64,000 bases of DNA, from assembly GCA_950097015.1 (NCBI GenBank), contig CATNEN010000029.1, forward strand, positions 8,308,001 to 8,372,000, in the 5' to 3' direction. The position numbers and the translations under genes were made by a program. How positions within the stretch are numbered: position 1 is the stretch's first letter; the number at the start of each line of letters is the position of its first letter. Below the pieces are notes generated by a model. The model saw nothing but the letters and a program-made list of their open reading frames with translations. It did not search any database and was not told where the DNA came from. This DNA comes from Macrostomum hystrix (lineage: Eukaryota; Animalia; Platyhelminthes). Below, in pieces: positions 11,069-23,905 of the stretch.

Positions 11069-13482
11069 GGCTGGAAATTGAAAAACGATTGTATTGTAAT
11101 TGCATAACACACTCCAATTCAATGGTTATTTTTGCATATAGCCTTAAGCCTTCTACAAAAAAACAAAGGCTATAGTATACAAATGTATAGTTTGTGCATA
11201 TAAGATGTTCTAGGTAAGTAGGTAAATCTAACTTAGAAATTGTGAACAAAACTGTACTCATAGACACAACAAAATTATTTTGATATTTTAAGCTTAGATT
11301 AAAGTTTTTTAAAGTAGATAGCTACAATGTGTAAAAAATAGGCCAAACAGGTCAAACAGATCTTTGAAAGCCTTGGTCTAGTGACCTACCATATGTATGT
11401 ATATGATAGCTAACTTAAGTTATGTATGGCATAGGCTATAACTATATCCTATAACTATGGCATAGGAAAATAAAGGTAGCCAGATATGGCAACAACACTT
11501 ATCTATTAACTAGCTGGCTATACAAAAAAATTGGTTTAGCCAGATTGTCACCGCAGGTAAGACAATAGTAAAAAACAATTTAAGTTCTAGATAAGAGTAT
11601 TGGGCAAGTCCATACATGCGCAACCTCCCAAATCTTAGCCGGCCGTGCGACTTAGTTTTAGCTCTCATTTGCAACTTAGTTCGTTTCATTGCTCTATTTA
11701 CAACTTAGTTTGCTCTCATTTGCTCTCTTTTTCTCTCCCCTTTTTCCTTTTCTTCATGCCTTCCTTTTTTGTCCCTTGGTCCCCCCTTTGATTTTTTTGC
11801 ACTTGGTTGATTGGTTTTTGCGACTTACCTTGCTTGGCCCTTGTTTCACCCGGCCGGGTCGGCCGGGTGTTGCGCATGTATGGGCAAGTCAAATAATCAT
11901 ATCAATATATAATATAGAATTTACTTAGTTCTATTCCAGATAGCAGAGTTCTAGTCTCAGGTGTGGAAACAGCTTTGAAAGTTCTAGGTCTATTTTTATT
12001 TGCTAACCAATATATATATAGTATATAATTAGCCAACTATTATGCTTATATAATGGCCTAGTTTTTGCCATAGCTAACAAGTAGGCCCCTAGCTAACTCT
12101 AGTCATTCTATGATAGAGTGATAGTGTATCAATTTATTAAATCATGTGTTCCTTAAGTTTTTTTCTTTCCAATATAGCTTAGGCTAAGATAGTCAGATTT
12201 TAATGCTCTTTCAAATTATTTAGCTTATGCTATGGAAATTAATCTCTACACCCAGTTTAAGCCTATTCTTTTAGCAAAGCAAAGTGCTTTTTAATATATG
12301 TATTTTGGCCAAATATTCTTGCTTCTAGAGTTACAGACAGGTTCATCCAAAGGAAGAAACTGATTTTCATAACAGAATGGGGCTAAGGCCCTTTAGGAAA
12401 AACTTTTGGATAGGCCTATACCTGGTATATTTTGGAAAATACCCTCCGATCCACTAGGCCTAGAAGCCTATGTAAGACTATAAAGTATATCCTATATCTG
12501 GGAGCACGAGACTTGCCCGCAGGCGAACTGCCCGCCGAGATTTGCCCGCAGGAGATTTGCCCGTCGAGATTTGCCCGCCGAGGTTTGCCCGCAGAGATGT
12601 GCCCGCAGTGCATTCTGCCCGCAGGAGATTTGCCCGTCGAGATTTGCCCGCAGAGATTTTCCCGTCGAAATTTTCCCGTCGAGATTTGCCCGCAGAGATT
12701 TGCCCGCAGAGATTTTCCCGCAATGTCGTGGGGTCCCCGACATGCACCATATAGGACTCCATGGCTTATTTACTGGATTTGTCATTCGGTGGTTGAGCAG
12801 ATCGAGGTGATAAAATCCAGGCGGCTGACATGTGAATTTGAAACAGACAGCGCTCCACCAGCTAGAGATTCCAATACCGGGACCGGGATTTGAGAGCAAA
12901 CACCTGGAATTCCAATCTCAGGACTTAAAATTGCCCACCATTCAGCGGGATTTCAATTTTTCGGGATTTGCTGGGACTGAAAATGCTGGGGATTTTATGG
13001 GAGTTGGACAGGAATATCCCGAACCCGACAATCCTGGGATTGGAAACTAGCCGGGATTTTACCATCCCTACCACCAGGCACCAGCAAAAAATTGCTGCTA
13101 CAAAAGATTATAGAACAGGCTACAGTAATTTAGCAGAAAGGAAATTTGAGGTGTCTGCGAAATGCCAAAGAAATATCTTATGCATTTGCGGCAGTAAGAG
13201 TTTCAGATTCACACGGTTGAAATCTGGCAGGTAAATAATTTCGATAAGTATAAGTCGATTTTTGCAAGATTAAAACTGCATTGCGGGAAAATCTCTGCGG
13301 GCAAATCTCGACAGGCAAATCTCAATGGGCAAATCTCGACGGGCAAATCTCCTGCGGGCAGAATGCACTGCAGGCAAATCTCTGCGGGCAAACCTCGGTG
13401 GGCAAATCTCGACAGGCAAATCTCCTGCGGGCAAATCTCGGCGGGCAGTTCGCCTGTGGGCAAGTCTCATGGACCCCCTATA

Positions 13483-15395
13483 TCTATATATATAAAAGTG
13501 AAAACTCTGTCTGTGTGTGTGTCTGTCTGTGTGTGTGCAACCTTTTGTCTTTATAGATGCCGAAACCGCTCAACCAAATTGCACCAAACTTTGCACATAC
13601 CTAAAACCACCTACGCTGAGTGCAATAGGCTACTCAAATTCCCGAAAAATCATTTCCATCCTGCTCAAAAGTGCAAAAAACTGCTCAAAAATCGTCAAAA
13701 AATCACTCAATTCGACATATCGTCGCCCCACTTTGTCAGAGTTTCTCCAAATTTGATCCACTTACACTTTACATGTTTTCCAACAATGCTGTCAATTTTG
13801 AACATCTCTACTCAATCCAGAGCAAAGCTGCATCATCTCAAAGTGAGTCACTTTTTTTTTCCGAGGACAGCCACCCCAACTCCCCTCCGCCACTCTGCGG
13901 GCCAAATTTTATTACAGCCACCCCCTCCCTTCCCCGGGCGCCGAAGCCCCAGACTGTACATTGTATTTCAAGCCGTGAATGTACACAGCCCAAACCCCTA
14001 GACTGTCTACTGGCCCCCAAGCAGCACTGAGACTGAGTGCGGTGGCGTCCCAGTGCGCAGGGCTCTCCGGTTGATATTTCTCTCCAGCCAGCCTATTTCT
14101 CTCGATATGCTGATGTTGACTGGCTGTCAGAGAGGGCAATTCTGTGTCCTAGAAATGATGCCGCCAACGAAATTAACTACCAACTGCTTCAGGAGTTGCC
14201 AGGTGCAGTTTTCACCTACAAGTCAATTGATACAACGTTGACTGATGACACCGCTGTGGAGTATCCTGTTGAGTTTCTGAACTCTCTAGATCCTCCTGGA
14301 ACTCCATCGCACAACTTGCAGCTGAAAGTTGGGGCACCAATTATGCTCCTCCGCAACCTGAATGCGCCAAGGCTGTGTAACGGCACCAGACTGATAGTCA
14401 GGCGGCTCTTCCCACACGTGATTGAGGCCACGATAATGACTGGATCTGGCAGAGGAGAGTCTGTGTTCGTTCCCCGGATTCCAATTATCCCCACGGACCT
14501 GCCATTTCAGTTCAAGCGACTGCAGTTCCCTGTGAGAGTGTGCTTTGCGATGACTATTAACAAGGCTCAGGGACAGTCGCGGAAGGTGGCTGGCATCAAC
14601 CTGGAGACTCCTTGCTTCTCGCATGGGCAGCTTTATGTCGCCTGCTCCCGTATTGGAACTCCAGCTGGCCTATTCATTTTCGCACCAAGGGGAAGAACGA
14701 AGAATGTGGTGTATCCCCAGGCCTTGAGGTGACTCGCAAGCAATTAATAGAAAAGTAGTCACGAATTGACCTTGACTTGTCTAACTCTGAACTCTGAAAC
14801 AGTTTAATTTTGTTTCTTTGATATTGTTATTGTTATGTCATGGCTATTTTACTTATGTATACGCGTGTACATGCATACTGTATACAGAGGCAGATTTAGG
14901 GGGGGGGCAGGGGGGCAGTCGCCCCCCTAAATTTTAATCATGGGAATAAGATGCACCCACCAGGGGCGCCAGTTGCAGCACTGGCACCCCTTTTCGGCCG
15001 CTGGCGCCCTTTTTTCAGCCGCTGGCTCCCGTTTTTCAGCCGCTGGCGCCCTTTCTTGGCTCCTGGCGCCCTTTTTCTGCCGCTGGCACCCCCTCTGTGA
15101 TTCTCATGGCGCTCCCCTGACAGACCGCCCCAAAACAAAATTCCTGGATCTGCCACTGACTGTATAGAGGAGTGGCTAAGAGACATGTTTCTAAAGAAGT
15201 AATCAAGAGGGAGCTGTTTGGACAAACTATTCACTTATTTTTTACTTAAAACGCCCTTAAACAAACTCTTCACTTTTCATTAATGCAGTAAATAAATAAA
15301 TGGTGACCTTCACTATAAAGTTAATACAGAGACGTGAATTGCTTACTGCTTTGCTTTAAATTTCTGCCCCAAAAACAACGGGCAAAAAAAGCTAG
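13483..15395 (+). mobile_element. Complete non-autonomous Helitron (about 1.9 kb)
   Basis: 5' A|TC start followed by TATATATAAAAG and a (ctgt/gt)n microsatellite. Pif1 helicase C-terminal fragment inside. 3' hairpin tgcccc...gggca then CTAG|T at 15392-15396. No TSD, inserted between A and T. Confidence 0.85.
14037..14732 (+). pseudogene. Helitron Pif1-type helicase fragment, duplicate
   Basis: Identical translation to 6301-6996. Confidence 0.92.
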
Positions 15396-15559
15396 TGTGA
15401 AAATAAAGTAATAAACCAGTATATAGAGTTATTCATATGAAATAATCCGCAAACTTTTACTTAACTGCATTTAATTATTTTTCACTTTTGTTTCTCATTT
15501 CAGCCAATTTATTGGTGGCTAGAAGGACCTCTACACCAACCAACTATGATTGTGCCCAA

Positions 15560-15840
15560 GGCCAATCTAAGGCCAGCAGCCGAGCTGTGTGACATTGACA
15601 TCACGCTATGTGAGCTTGTGCTGCTAAGGTCTAACAGCCAGCAAACTATTCGCTGGCTGGCCACCTACAGCAAAATTTGCAGGCGTGTGAACAATGCCCT
15701 GAGGCTCTAGCCATGTGGCTAGGGCCTACAAAGGCGGGATAGAGCCGAATTTGTTGATGGCTATGACTGGCATGTCTAACCTACAGGATGCAGAAAAGTA
15801 TACAAAGGGCAGCTTTTTTAAGGGCACCCGATTAAAAAAA
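15560..15840 (+). pseudogene. Degenerate Merlin/ISXO2-like transposase N-terminal relic
   Basis: Frameshifted pieces read IRWLA, CEQCP, FVDGYDW, GCRK and GSFFKGTRL. These resemble, from memory of the family, the C2...DGxxWxC...C...GSFF pattern of Merlin transposases. Confidence 0.4.
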
Positions 15841-17849
15841 TGTTAAAATAATTAAATGCAATAAAGTAAAAGATTGCCAAATAATCATTTTCATAACTGA
15901 TAAGTGCTGCTTAGACACTGATAATATATATATGCTACCATAAAGTAATTAAAGCTACAGATTATATAAGAAGTGTTAGGCCAATCTGGTTGACAAAATA
16001 ATATAATTTAAATCATAGGAAAAGAGCCCTACAAAAATATAAAAATCATCATAGGCCTAAAAATTTGACCATCCTTGGATTCATAGTCTTGAACATTACT
16101 GGAAAGGGAAATACTTATGGACCACCTTATACCATCCTACCATCATATTTATAGCCCTGTGCTATTAATCCCTTAATGCTATCAAACTACTTCCTCCCAT
16201 ATAGGCCTATTTAAATCTTAGCAATTGGCATGTCGACTGTATGTACTGTAGGGCCTACCCTTATGACTATGTCTGGTCTAGATGTGCATCTATCCAGATT
16301 GGATGAAAAAACTTAAAATGAATGTAAGTCTTGTCCTTTGGCTTGCCATTCCGATCTGTTTCAGTGTTTACATTTACAATTTACATGGAACCACCTAAAA
16401 GGCAGTAAACTAAGATCAGAGATTGCATTTTTGTGCACCAAGCAACATCGCAATATAGGCCCCTATAAGCACAATATCTAGACTCATTACGTCTCAAGCA
16501 TTTTATTCCTACAGAGCAATAGATTTATCTAGAGATGTTACCATAAAAGCAATATTTTGATCTTCTTCGGTTAATAATATGGTGGAAGCCTAATACAGAA
16601 AAAACTAATGTGTATTCCCAGTTTCCAAAACGCCTTAGCCATGAAAAGTATTCAACATCAGTACTATTACTGACAGTACAATATAATATAATAACTTTTG
16701 TTTCGCTAAAAATGTGCGTCTATAAACCTGATATAGATAAATTTATTCGTCAGTAAAGTTAGTTTATAAAATAATTCAGGTTTATTTTAATGAGGATACG
16801 TAAAGTTCATTTAAAAGTTTTCGCGGTCGTTCACATTTTTAAATTAACGAAGTTAGCTGCTTGCTGCACGCGATTTAATCATATCAAAGCTGTATATTTC
16901 CTTGAGCTTTGATATAGAGGCTATATGTAGATATAGATTTAGATGATATTAGACTAGACTAGGTTAGATAAGACTGGATTTAGGTTAGCTAGATTTAGAT
17001 AAGATATATGCAAATTTTATGGCAAATTTATAGCTAATTTGTATCCATTAGCTATGTATGGGCATAACCATTTTTAGAACAACTGTTATGTAAAAGTGTT
17101 ATGCATTTGTGAATGTTGTGAATAGCTACCTGTAACAATCATTTTTTAGATTTTTACAATAATATATATTTCTTTTTCTTGGGCCTTGCATAAATACAAT
17201 TCTTACTTAAAGAAGTCACAAAATTATAACTGTTGTAACTTACAATTGTGATGTAGTCTCTAACAATTGACAGATAAAAATTGTTACATGTGAAACAACT
17301 TGGCTTATTTTAGACTATATATTTAAGCAATGAGTGACATAACTTGAATCAGCTATCAATTTTGCAAGGAAAAATAAATACACAATTGAGCATTGCACAC
17401 AAATGAGCAGAATATATTGCATGCACTAATGTATGCAGAGGAATATAAAACTTTCTATAGAGGAAACACTTGACAGCCCCCACACCCCATGCACAAGTAC
17501 TCAAGCCTCAGCACAGCACAGCAAATCATCATACCACTACACTACACCTCTCCCAACAAAGCTCAAAAACTGTTTTAAATAATTTTTAATGGAAAATCAA
17601 TGTTAGGTGGAACATACTTTGTGGCCAGAATGGCTGAGTCTAGGCTCTGCCTTGGCAGCTTGAATGGGCTCAGTAAGTTCAACTTTGACTGCCAACTCTG
17701 ATCTGGCATTAGACTAGAGCTGCTCTTTAGGGCTGTTTAGGCCATCCTCAGTTAGTAGCTCCATGATTGAACACTTACTCAGGTGCTTAAGATATAGCAG
17801 TTGGATGATAGCAAAGATAATTGGTGTGACATTGAATAACTCTGTTGGC

Positions 17850-18600
17850 AAATTGAACTTGTACCACTGCAGGCTCTCTTTCCTGGTTACAACTGGGCAC
17901 CCATATAGCTGCTTTTATCCAAAACTCTGGGTGTATACCACTACTCTCTCTCTCTTCAAACAACTTCTGCTTTAAAGTAACAATGTACCATTGTTTCTGG
18001 GTCTCCTGGCAATGGAGAACTCATTTTGCAATGTTGGGATATAGTTTGTCCAGAAACAACCACAAGGTATGCCCCATCAGGAGTTCATATGGTGCCATAC
18101 CAGTTTTCAATTACAATGTGATGTGGTAGCTCATAAGAAACTGGGATACTTGAGTCTTAAGCAACCCATTCAACTGTTTTTCAAGCAAGCACTTCAAACT
18201 CTGTACAGCCATTTCTGTAAGTCTGTTGGATGCTTGGTGATATAGTCGGGTGTGAACATGACAAATGCCCTTGTAGCAAAGCATAGTCAATTTTTAGTGA
18301 CCACAACCTCTGGTAGGCTGTGTGTGCTGAAGCTTTGGCATAGTCACTCTGATATTGTCATAGCAGTTGCTGACAAAGTTATCTGAACATTGATCCATTT
18401 TGAGTAAGCGTCCACAATGAATAGCAGCATCTTGTCTCAGATGGGCCCAGTGTTATCAATATGCAGGCAAGGCGACGGTTGTAGCAGCATTGTTGAAGAC
18501 TCTCTTTGATTCTGTTGACACACAGTGCAACCATAGACTCCATCTCCTGGTCTATTCCAGGCCCACAGATGTAGCTACATAGTAAAGCATTATACCATTA
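17850..18600 (-). pseudogene. Degenerate Ty3/Gypsy integrase relic
   Basis: Minus-strand pieces GPGIDQEMESMVALC, LHIDNTGP, LFIVDAYSKWINV, HSLPEVVV, AVQSLK, QFLMSY, TGMAPYELLMG, interrupted by stops and frameshifts. Confidence 0.75.
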
Positions 18601-19702
18601 CAAATTTGTCTCTACCAACTATTTTTATAAGCCTAGGCTATAAGATATATCAAAAGTATTGACCAGAGCACCTTTCTATTACATTTTTTCTATTTCTAAA
18701 GCCATATTAGCCATATTGCCTAGTCTACAAAAGTCCTAGTTAATAATAGCTATAGCCTAGCTATTACAAAAACAATAACTTATGGTTGTTTTGTTTTGTT
18801 TTTCTAGAGTTTTGTTATTGATAACAATGATGCATTACTACTAAGACATTACAATGCCAAAAATATTATTCTGTTTAAGCTAATGAGTTGATCAAATGAC
18901 AGAAGTTGAAGTATAGGGCCTGCTTTGCCTTTGAAACATGCGCTACTAAGTCTATTAACTATAAGAAGTAGTGAAAATGCAACTTAATGTGCAATTAACT
19001 TTGAGTACATATTGGGCAGCTGTAACTGTACACCCACTATACATGTATACATTGCTTTAAGCTAGCTATTTGGGGTTACAAAGGGGTTCTCACAAGAAAC
19101 AAGCCATTTAAAGTTAGGAACTGGATATGAGAAATCAGAATTCCCAAAACTATCGCTATTCCATAGTTTTAGCATCTGTTCAAAAGACAAAATTATATAT
19201 TATATATGTCTTCCTATAGCCAATCAACTGCATGTAAGTCTGTAACTATAGTATTGTATATAGTATAACTATAGTATAACACCAATATTTTTAGTAACTT
19301 TAAAGTGCATGATCTTTTTGAATGAATGACGCCTTTGGTGTCAAGATTGCTACTTTCTAGTTTAACTATGTATTTCTTTTTTTCTAATCTTTATTGTCTG
19401 TAAACAGACTTGCCATTTGATGAATAAGTTGTCATAATTAAGTAGCTATTATCTATTTAAATTCAATGCTATCTTTCCAGCATGCTGCTACTATTTAGAC
19501 TAGCCAACTTTACAACTGCAACAATATTTTAATAGATTTAAGTTAATGTGTCTGCAAGCACATTAGACTAATTTTAATCGCTAAGCAGTAGGCCATAAAT
19601 TTCGAAACCATAATTCTACTAACTAGAAGGTTGGCTGCCATAGCAGCTAGCCCAGCAACTACTTGGCGTGGCTTCTTTGCAACGCCAGCTAAACAGAAGA
19701 GA

Positions 19703-22700
19703 ATGGTTTCTACTGGCGATACTCGCAATTGTCTTCTACTAGGCGTGGGAAATCCTTTGCTTGATTTAACTGTCCATGTTCATCCAGAAGTTCTTAAGCA
19801 CTACGGCCTAGAGGAAAATAACCAATACCTGGCTGAACCGCAGCATGATAGCCTGTTTGAGGCTGTTATTAGTGGACAGCTGGGCAAATGTGTTCAACTG
19901 CCCGGCGGTGCCACTATGAATTCTATGCGCGTGGCTCAGTGGCTTCTAGGTAAGTATTATTTACTAATGATAATTTTTGTAGAAAGGCTGCGGGCAGTGG
20001 CACATCATTTAGTAACAGTAGACCCACAGCCAGCGAGGAGGCAATTCTGCCCATTTCGCTGACTCCTGAGCACACACGCACAAAGATACTGTACGCAGGC
20101 ACACGCTCACACAGGTGTGTACATCTGCCCTGACTTCTCATTGTCAGGCAGGGTACACTTAACTGTGCCTTGGAAGTTGGCCCTCAAGGGCGTAAATTGC
20201 AGGACAATCTCCCAAGCCTTCTCTCCGCGGCTGCGCCCCAAATAAATGTGGCCTCGCCGTGGAATCAAACTAAGGCACCGTGGTGCGAGAGGCAAACGCG
20301 ATAACCGCTCTGCCACCGACCCCCTTAATAATACATAATATTATTATTATTATCAAGTATCATTTAGCTATGATGGATATCATTCCACTTAATTGAGAAT
20401 CTATAATTTATAAGCACTTTATCTACTGATTTTTCATATTAGGCAGCATTGACAGCAGCTATTCTGCAGGCTACCTAGGCGCAGTTGGCGCCGACAACGC
20501 TGGCGAATCACTGTCAGAACTGGCTAGAGAGGCCGGCTTGCAGGCCCGCCTAGAGCGAGTGGCCGGCCAGCCAACCGGAGTCTGCGCCGCCCTCATCACG
20601 GGCCATAATCGCACTCTGGTGACTCGACTGGGCGCTGCTTTACACTTTAGCGAAGCCCATTTAGCTAGTCAGGCGTGTCAATCGCTGATTGGTCAGGCGC
20701 AACTATTGTACATTGGCGGATTCTTTTTCTCGTCAAATCCGTCAGCTATTTATCGCCTGTTGAAACTAGACGGCCCGATGATTGCTATGAATTTACACGC
20801 CACTTTTCTGTGCGAAAATTTTGCGAATCAGGAGGTAAATCGTTGAATTTTAGTTAGTTTCGTAAACATTTATTGCACGAATGCTTTTTCACAGAAAGCT
20901 ATAATTGGCTTAGTTAAATACATTTAGTTACTGATTCAAATACGCGTTACACACTCGCCATATCCACCTGTTACACACCTGCCATACCCACCTGTTACAC
21001 ACCTGACATACCCATCTGTTACACACCTGCCATACCCACCTGTTACACACCTGTCATACCCACCTGTTACACACCTGTCATACCCACCTGTTACACACCT
21101 GTCATACCCACCTGTTACACACCTGCCATACCCACCTGTTACACACCTGCCATACCCACCTGCTACACACCTGCCATACCCACCTGTTACACACCTGTCA
21201 TACCCACCTGTTACACACCTGCCATACCCACCTGTTACACACCTGTCATACCCACCTGTTACACACCTGTCATACCCACCTGTTACACACCTGTCATACC
21301 CACCTGTTACACACCTGCCATACCCACCTGTTACACACCTGTCATACCCACCTGTTACACACCTGCCATACCCACCTGTTACACACCTGCCATACCCACC
21401 TGTTACACACCTGTCATACCCACCTGTTACACACCTGCCATACCCACCTGTTACACACCTGCCATACCCACCTGTTACACACCTGTCATACCCACCTGTT
21501 ACACACCTGTCATACCCACCTGTTACACACCTGTCATACCCACCTGTTACACACCTGTCATACCCACCTGTTACACACCTGTCATACCCACCTGTTACAC
21601 ACCTGTCATACCCACCTGTTACACACCTGCCATACCCACCTGTTACACACCTGCCATACCCACCTGTTACACACCTGTCATACCCACCTGTTACACACCT
21701 GCCATACCCACCTGTTACACACCTGCCATACCCACCTGTTACACACCTGTCATACCCACCTGTTACACACCTGTCATACCCACCTGTTACACACCTGCCA
21801 TACCCACCTGTTACACACCTGCCATACCCACCTGTTACACACCTGTCATACCCACCTGTTACACACCTGTCATACCCACCTGTTACACACCTGACATACC
21901 CATCTGTTACACACCTGCCATACCCACCTGTTACACACCTGCCATACCCACCTGTTACACACCTGCCATACCCACCTGTTACACACCTGTCATACCCACC
22001 TGTTACACACCTGTCATACCCACCTGTTACACACCTGACATACCCACCTGTTACACACCTGCCATACCCACCTGTTACACACCTGCCATACCCACCTGTT
22101 ACACACCTGCCATACCCACCTGTTACACACCTGCCATACCCACCTGTTAAATACCCACCAGAAATGCTCACAATCGCGCCTGTCATATTCGTAAACTATA
22201 GTTTTTACCGTTGCTCAATCTTCCATGCCTCGCAGATCCTCGGTCGCATTGATTTGCTATTTGGTAACGAACGTGAAGCTTTTTCTCTGGCCTGTCATCT
22301 GGCCAACCGGGGCGATTCTGAACTAGCCCGCCTCGTCCGACTGGATCGTCAAGAGCCGATCGCTGAAATCGATGACAACCTGCTGCTCCAGCTAGCCGGC
22401 GTCATTGCTCGCCGATTGCGTCAAGACCGCGGACCGCGGGTTGTCTTCACCCACGGCGCCAAACAGTTGGCCTTCGCCGCCGGCGGCGAAGTCGCCGTTG
22501 GTTATCCGGTGCCGAAGGTTTCGCCCGAGCTAGTGCGCGACACCAACGGCTGCGGCGACGCTTTTGTTGGCGGCTTTCTTGCCGGCGCTGTGCGCGGCCT
22601 CTCCGACACGGCCTGCGTTCGGCTCGGGCAGTACGCTGCCCGCATCATCATCGAGCGCGACGGCTGCAGCCTGCCAGACTGGACGCCGAAGCCACCGTCT

Positions 22701-22733
22701 GTTGGCGAGTTAGTTAGGCCGTTAGGACAGTGA
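19703..22733 (+). CDS. ADK: Adenosine kinase (PfkB family), about 378 aa; exons 19703-19949, 20443-20834, 22236-22733
   Basis: Motifs GVGNPLLD, PGGATMNS, GAVGAD, NRTLVTRLGAA, LFGNERE and DTNGCGDAFVGGFL. GT-AG junctions in phases 1 and 0 match; AATAAA at 22850. Confidence 0.93.
20020..20324 (-). mobile_element. tRNA-derived SINE in ADK intron 1
   Basis: The minus strand begins ggggtcggTGGCAGAGCGG (A box) ... GTTTGATTCC (B box). The body is shared with 30818-31014. Confidence 0.75.
20950..22148. repeat. 24-bp minisatellite (cccacctgttacacacctgYcata)n, about 50 units, ADK intron 2
   Basis: Directly visible; 8-aa periodic ORF TGGYGRCV. Confidence 0.96.
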
Positions 22734-22857
22734 CGTGTTATACTGGCAGTATGACATGTATTCAACAGGTAGATAGCACAGGTGTCTTGCGTATGGGTAG
22801 CTGTCACTGGTTTCCAATAGGCGATTTTTATCACTGGTTTCAAATTGATAATAAATA

Positions 22858-23905
22858 TCACAGGTATCTAACAGGTTGCTATGATTAGCACAGGTATCTA
22901 CTCGTAACCGGTGGTTATTATCACAGGTATCTAACAGGTGGTTATTAGCACAGGTGTCTAACAGGTGGTTATTAGCACAGGTGTCTAACAGGTGGTTATT
23001 AGCACAGGTGTCTAACAGGTGGTTATTAGCACAGGTATCTAACAGGTGGTTATTAGCACAGGTGTCTAACAGGTGGTTATTAGCACAGGTGTCTAACAGG
23101 TGGTTATTAGCACAGGTGTCTAACAGGTGGTTATTAGCACAGGTGTCTAACAGGTGGTTATTAGCACAGGTGTCTAACAGGTGGTTATTAGCACAGGTGT
23201 CTAACAGGTTGTTATTAACACAGGTATCTAACAGGTTGTTATTAACACAGGTATCTAACAGGTTGTTATTAACACAGGTATCTAACAGGTTGTTATTAAC
23301 ACAGGTATCTAACAGGTTGTTATTAACACAGGTATCTAACAGGTTGTTATTAACACAGGTATCTAACAGGTGGTTATTAGCACAGGTGTCTAACAGGTGG
23401 TTATTAGCACAGGTGTCTAACAGGTGGTTATTAGCACAGGTGTCTAACAGGTGGTTATTAGCACAGGTGTCTAACAGGTGGTTATTAACACAGGTATCTA
23501 ACAGGTTGTTATTAACACAGGTATCTAACAGGTTGTTATTAACACAGGTATCTAACAGGTTGTTATTAACACAGGTATCTAACAGGTTGTTATTAACACA
23601 GGTATCTAACAGGTGGTTATTAACACAGGTATCTAACAGGTTGTTATTAACACAGGTATCTAACAGGTGGTTATTATCACAGGTATCTAACAGGTGGTTA
23701 TTAGCACAGGTGTCTAACAGGTGGTTATTAGCACAGGTGTCTAACAGGTTGTTATTAACACAGGTATCTAACAGGTGGTTATTAGCACAGGTATCTAACA
23801 GGTGGTTATTATCACAGGTATCTAACAGGTGGTTATTAGCACAGGTGTCTAACAGGTGGTTATTAGCACAGGTGTCTAACAGGTTGTTATTAACACAGGT
23901 ATCTA
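22858..23905. repeat. 27-bp minisatellite (cacaggtRtctaacaggtKgttattaR)n just downstream of the ADK polyA signal
   Basis: Directly visible; 9-aa periodic ORF QVSNRWLLA. Confidence 0.96.

Larger units (their letters stand above)
1..15219. repeat. 7,736-bp direct tandem segmental duplication (complete unit 7484-15219; preceding unit 1-7483 runs off the left edge)
   Basis: Position 1 (gcaggaaattgtcc) recurs at 7737. Every ORF in 886-7431 recurs at +7736 with an identical translation. The match ends at gagggagctgttt (7483/15219), after which the copies diverge (cgccgc vs ggacaa). Confidence 0.97.

Noticed and set aside
11068-19703. Functional pairing of divergent synthetase and ADK (both yield AMP)
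   Set aside because: Separated by 8.6 kb of transposon debris; no shared regulatory element seen.
22540-22580. ADK GCGD instead of GAGD as a sign of inactivity
   Set aside because: The catalytic Asp, NxxE and GG motifs are intact; an Ala-to-Cys change at this position is conservative.
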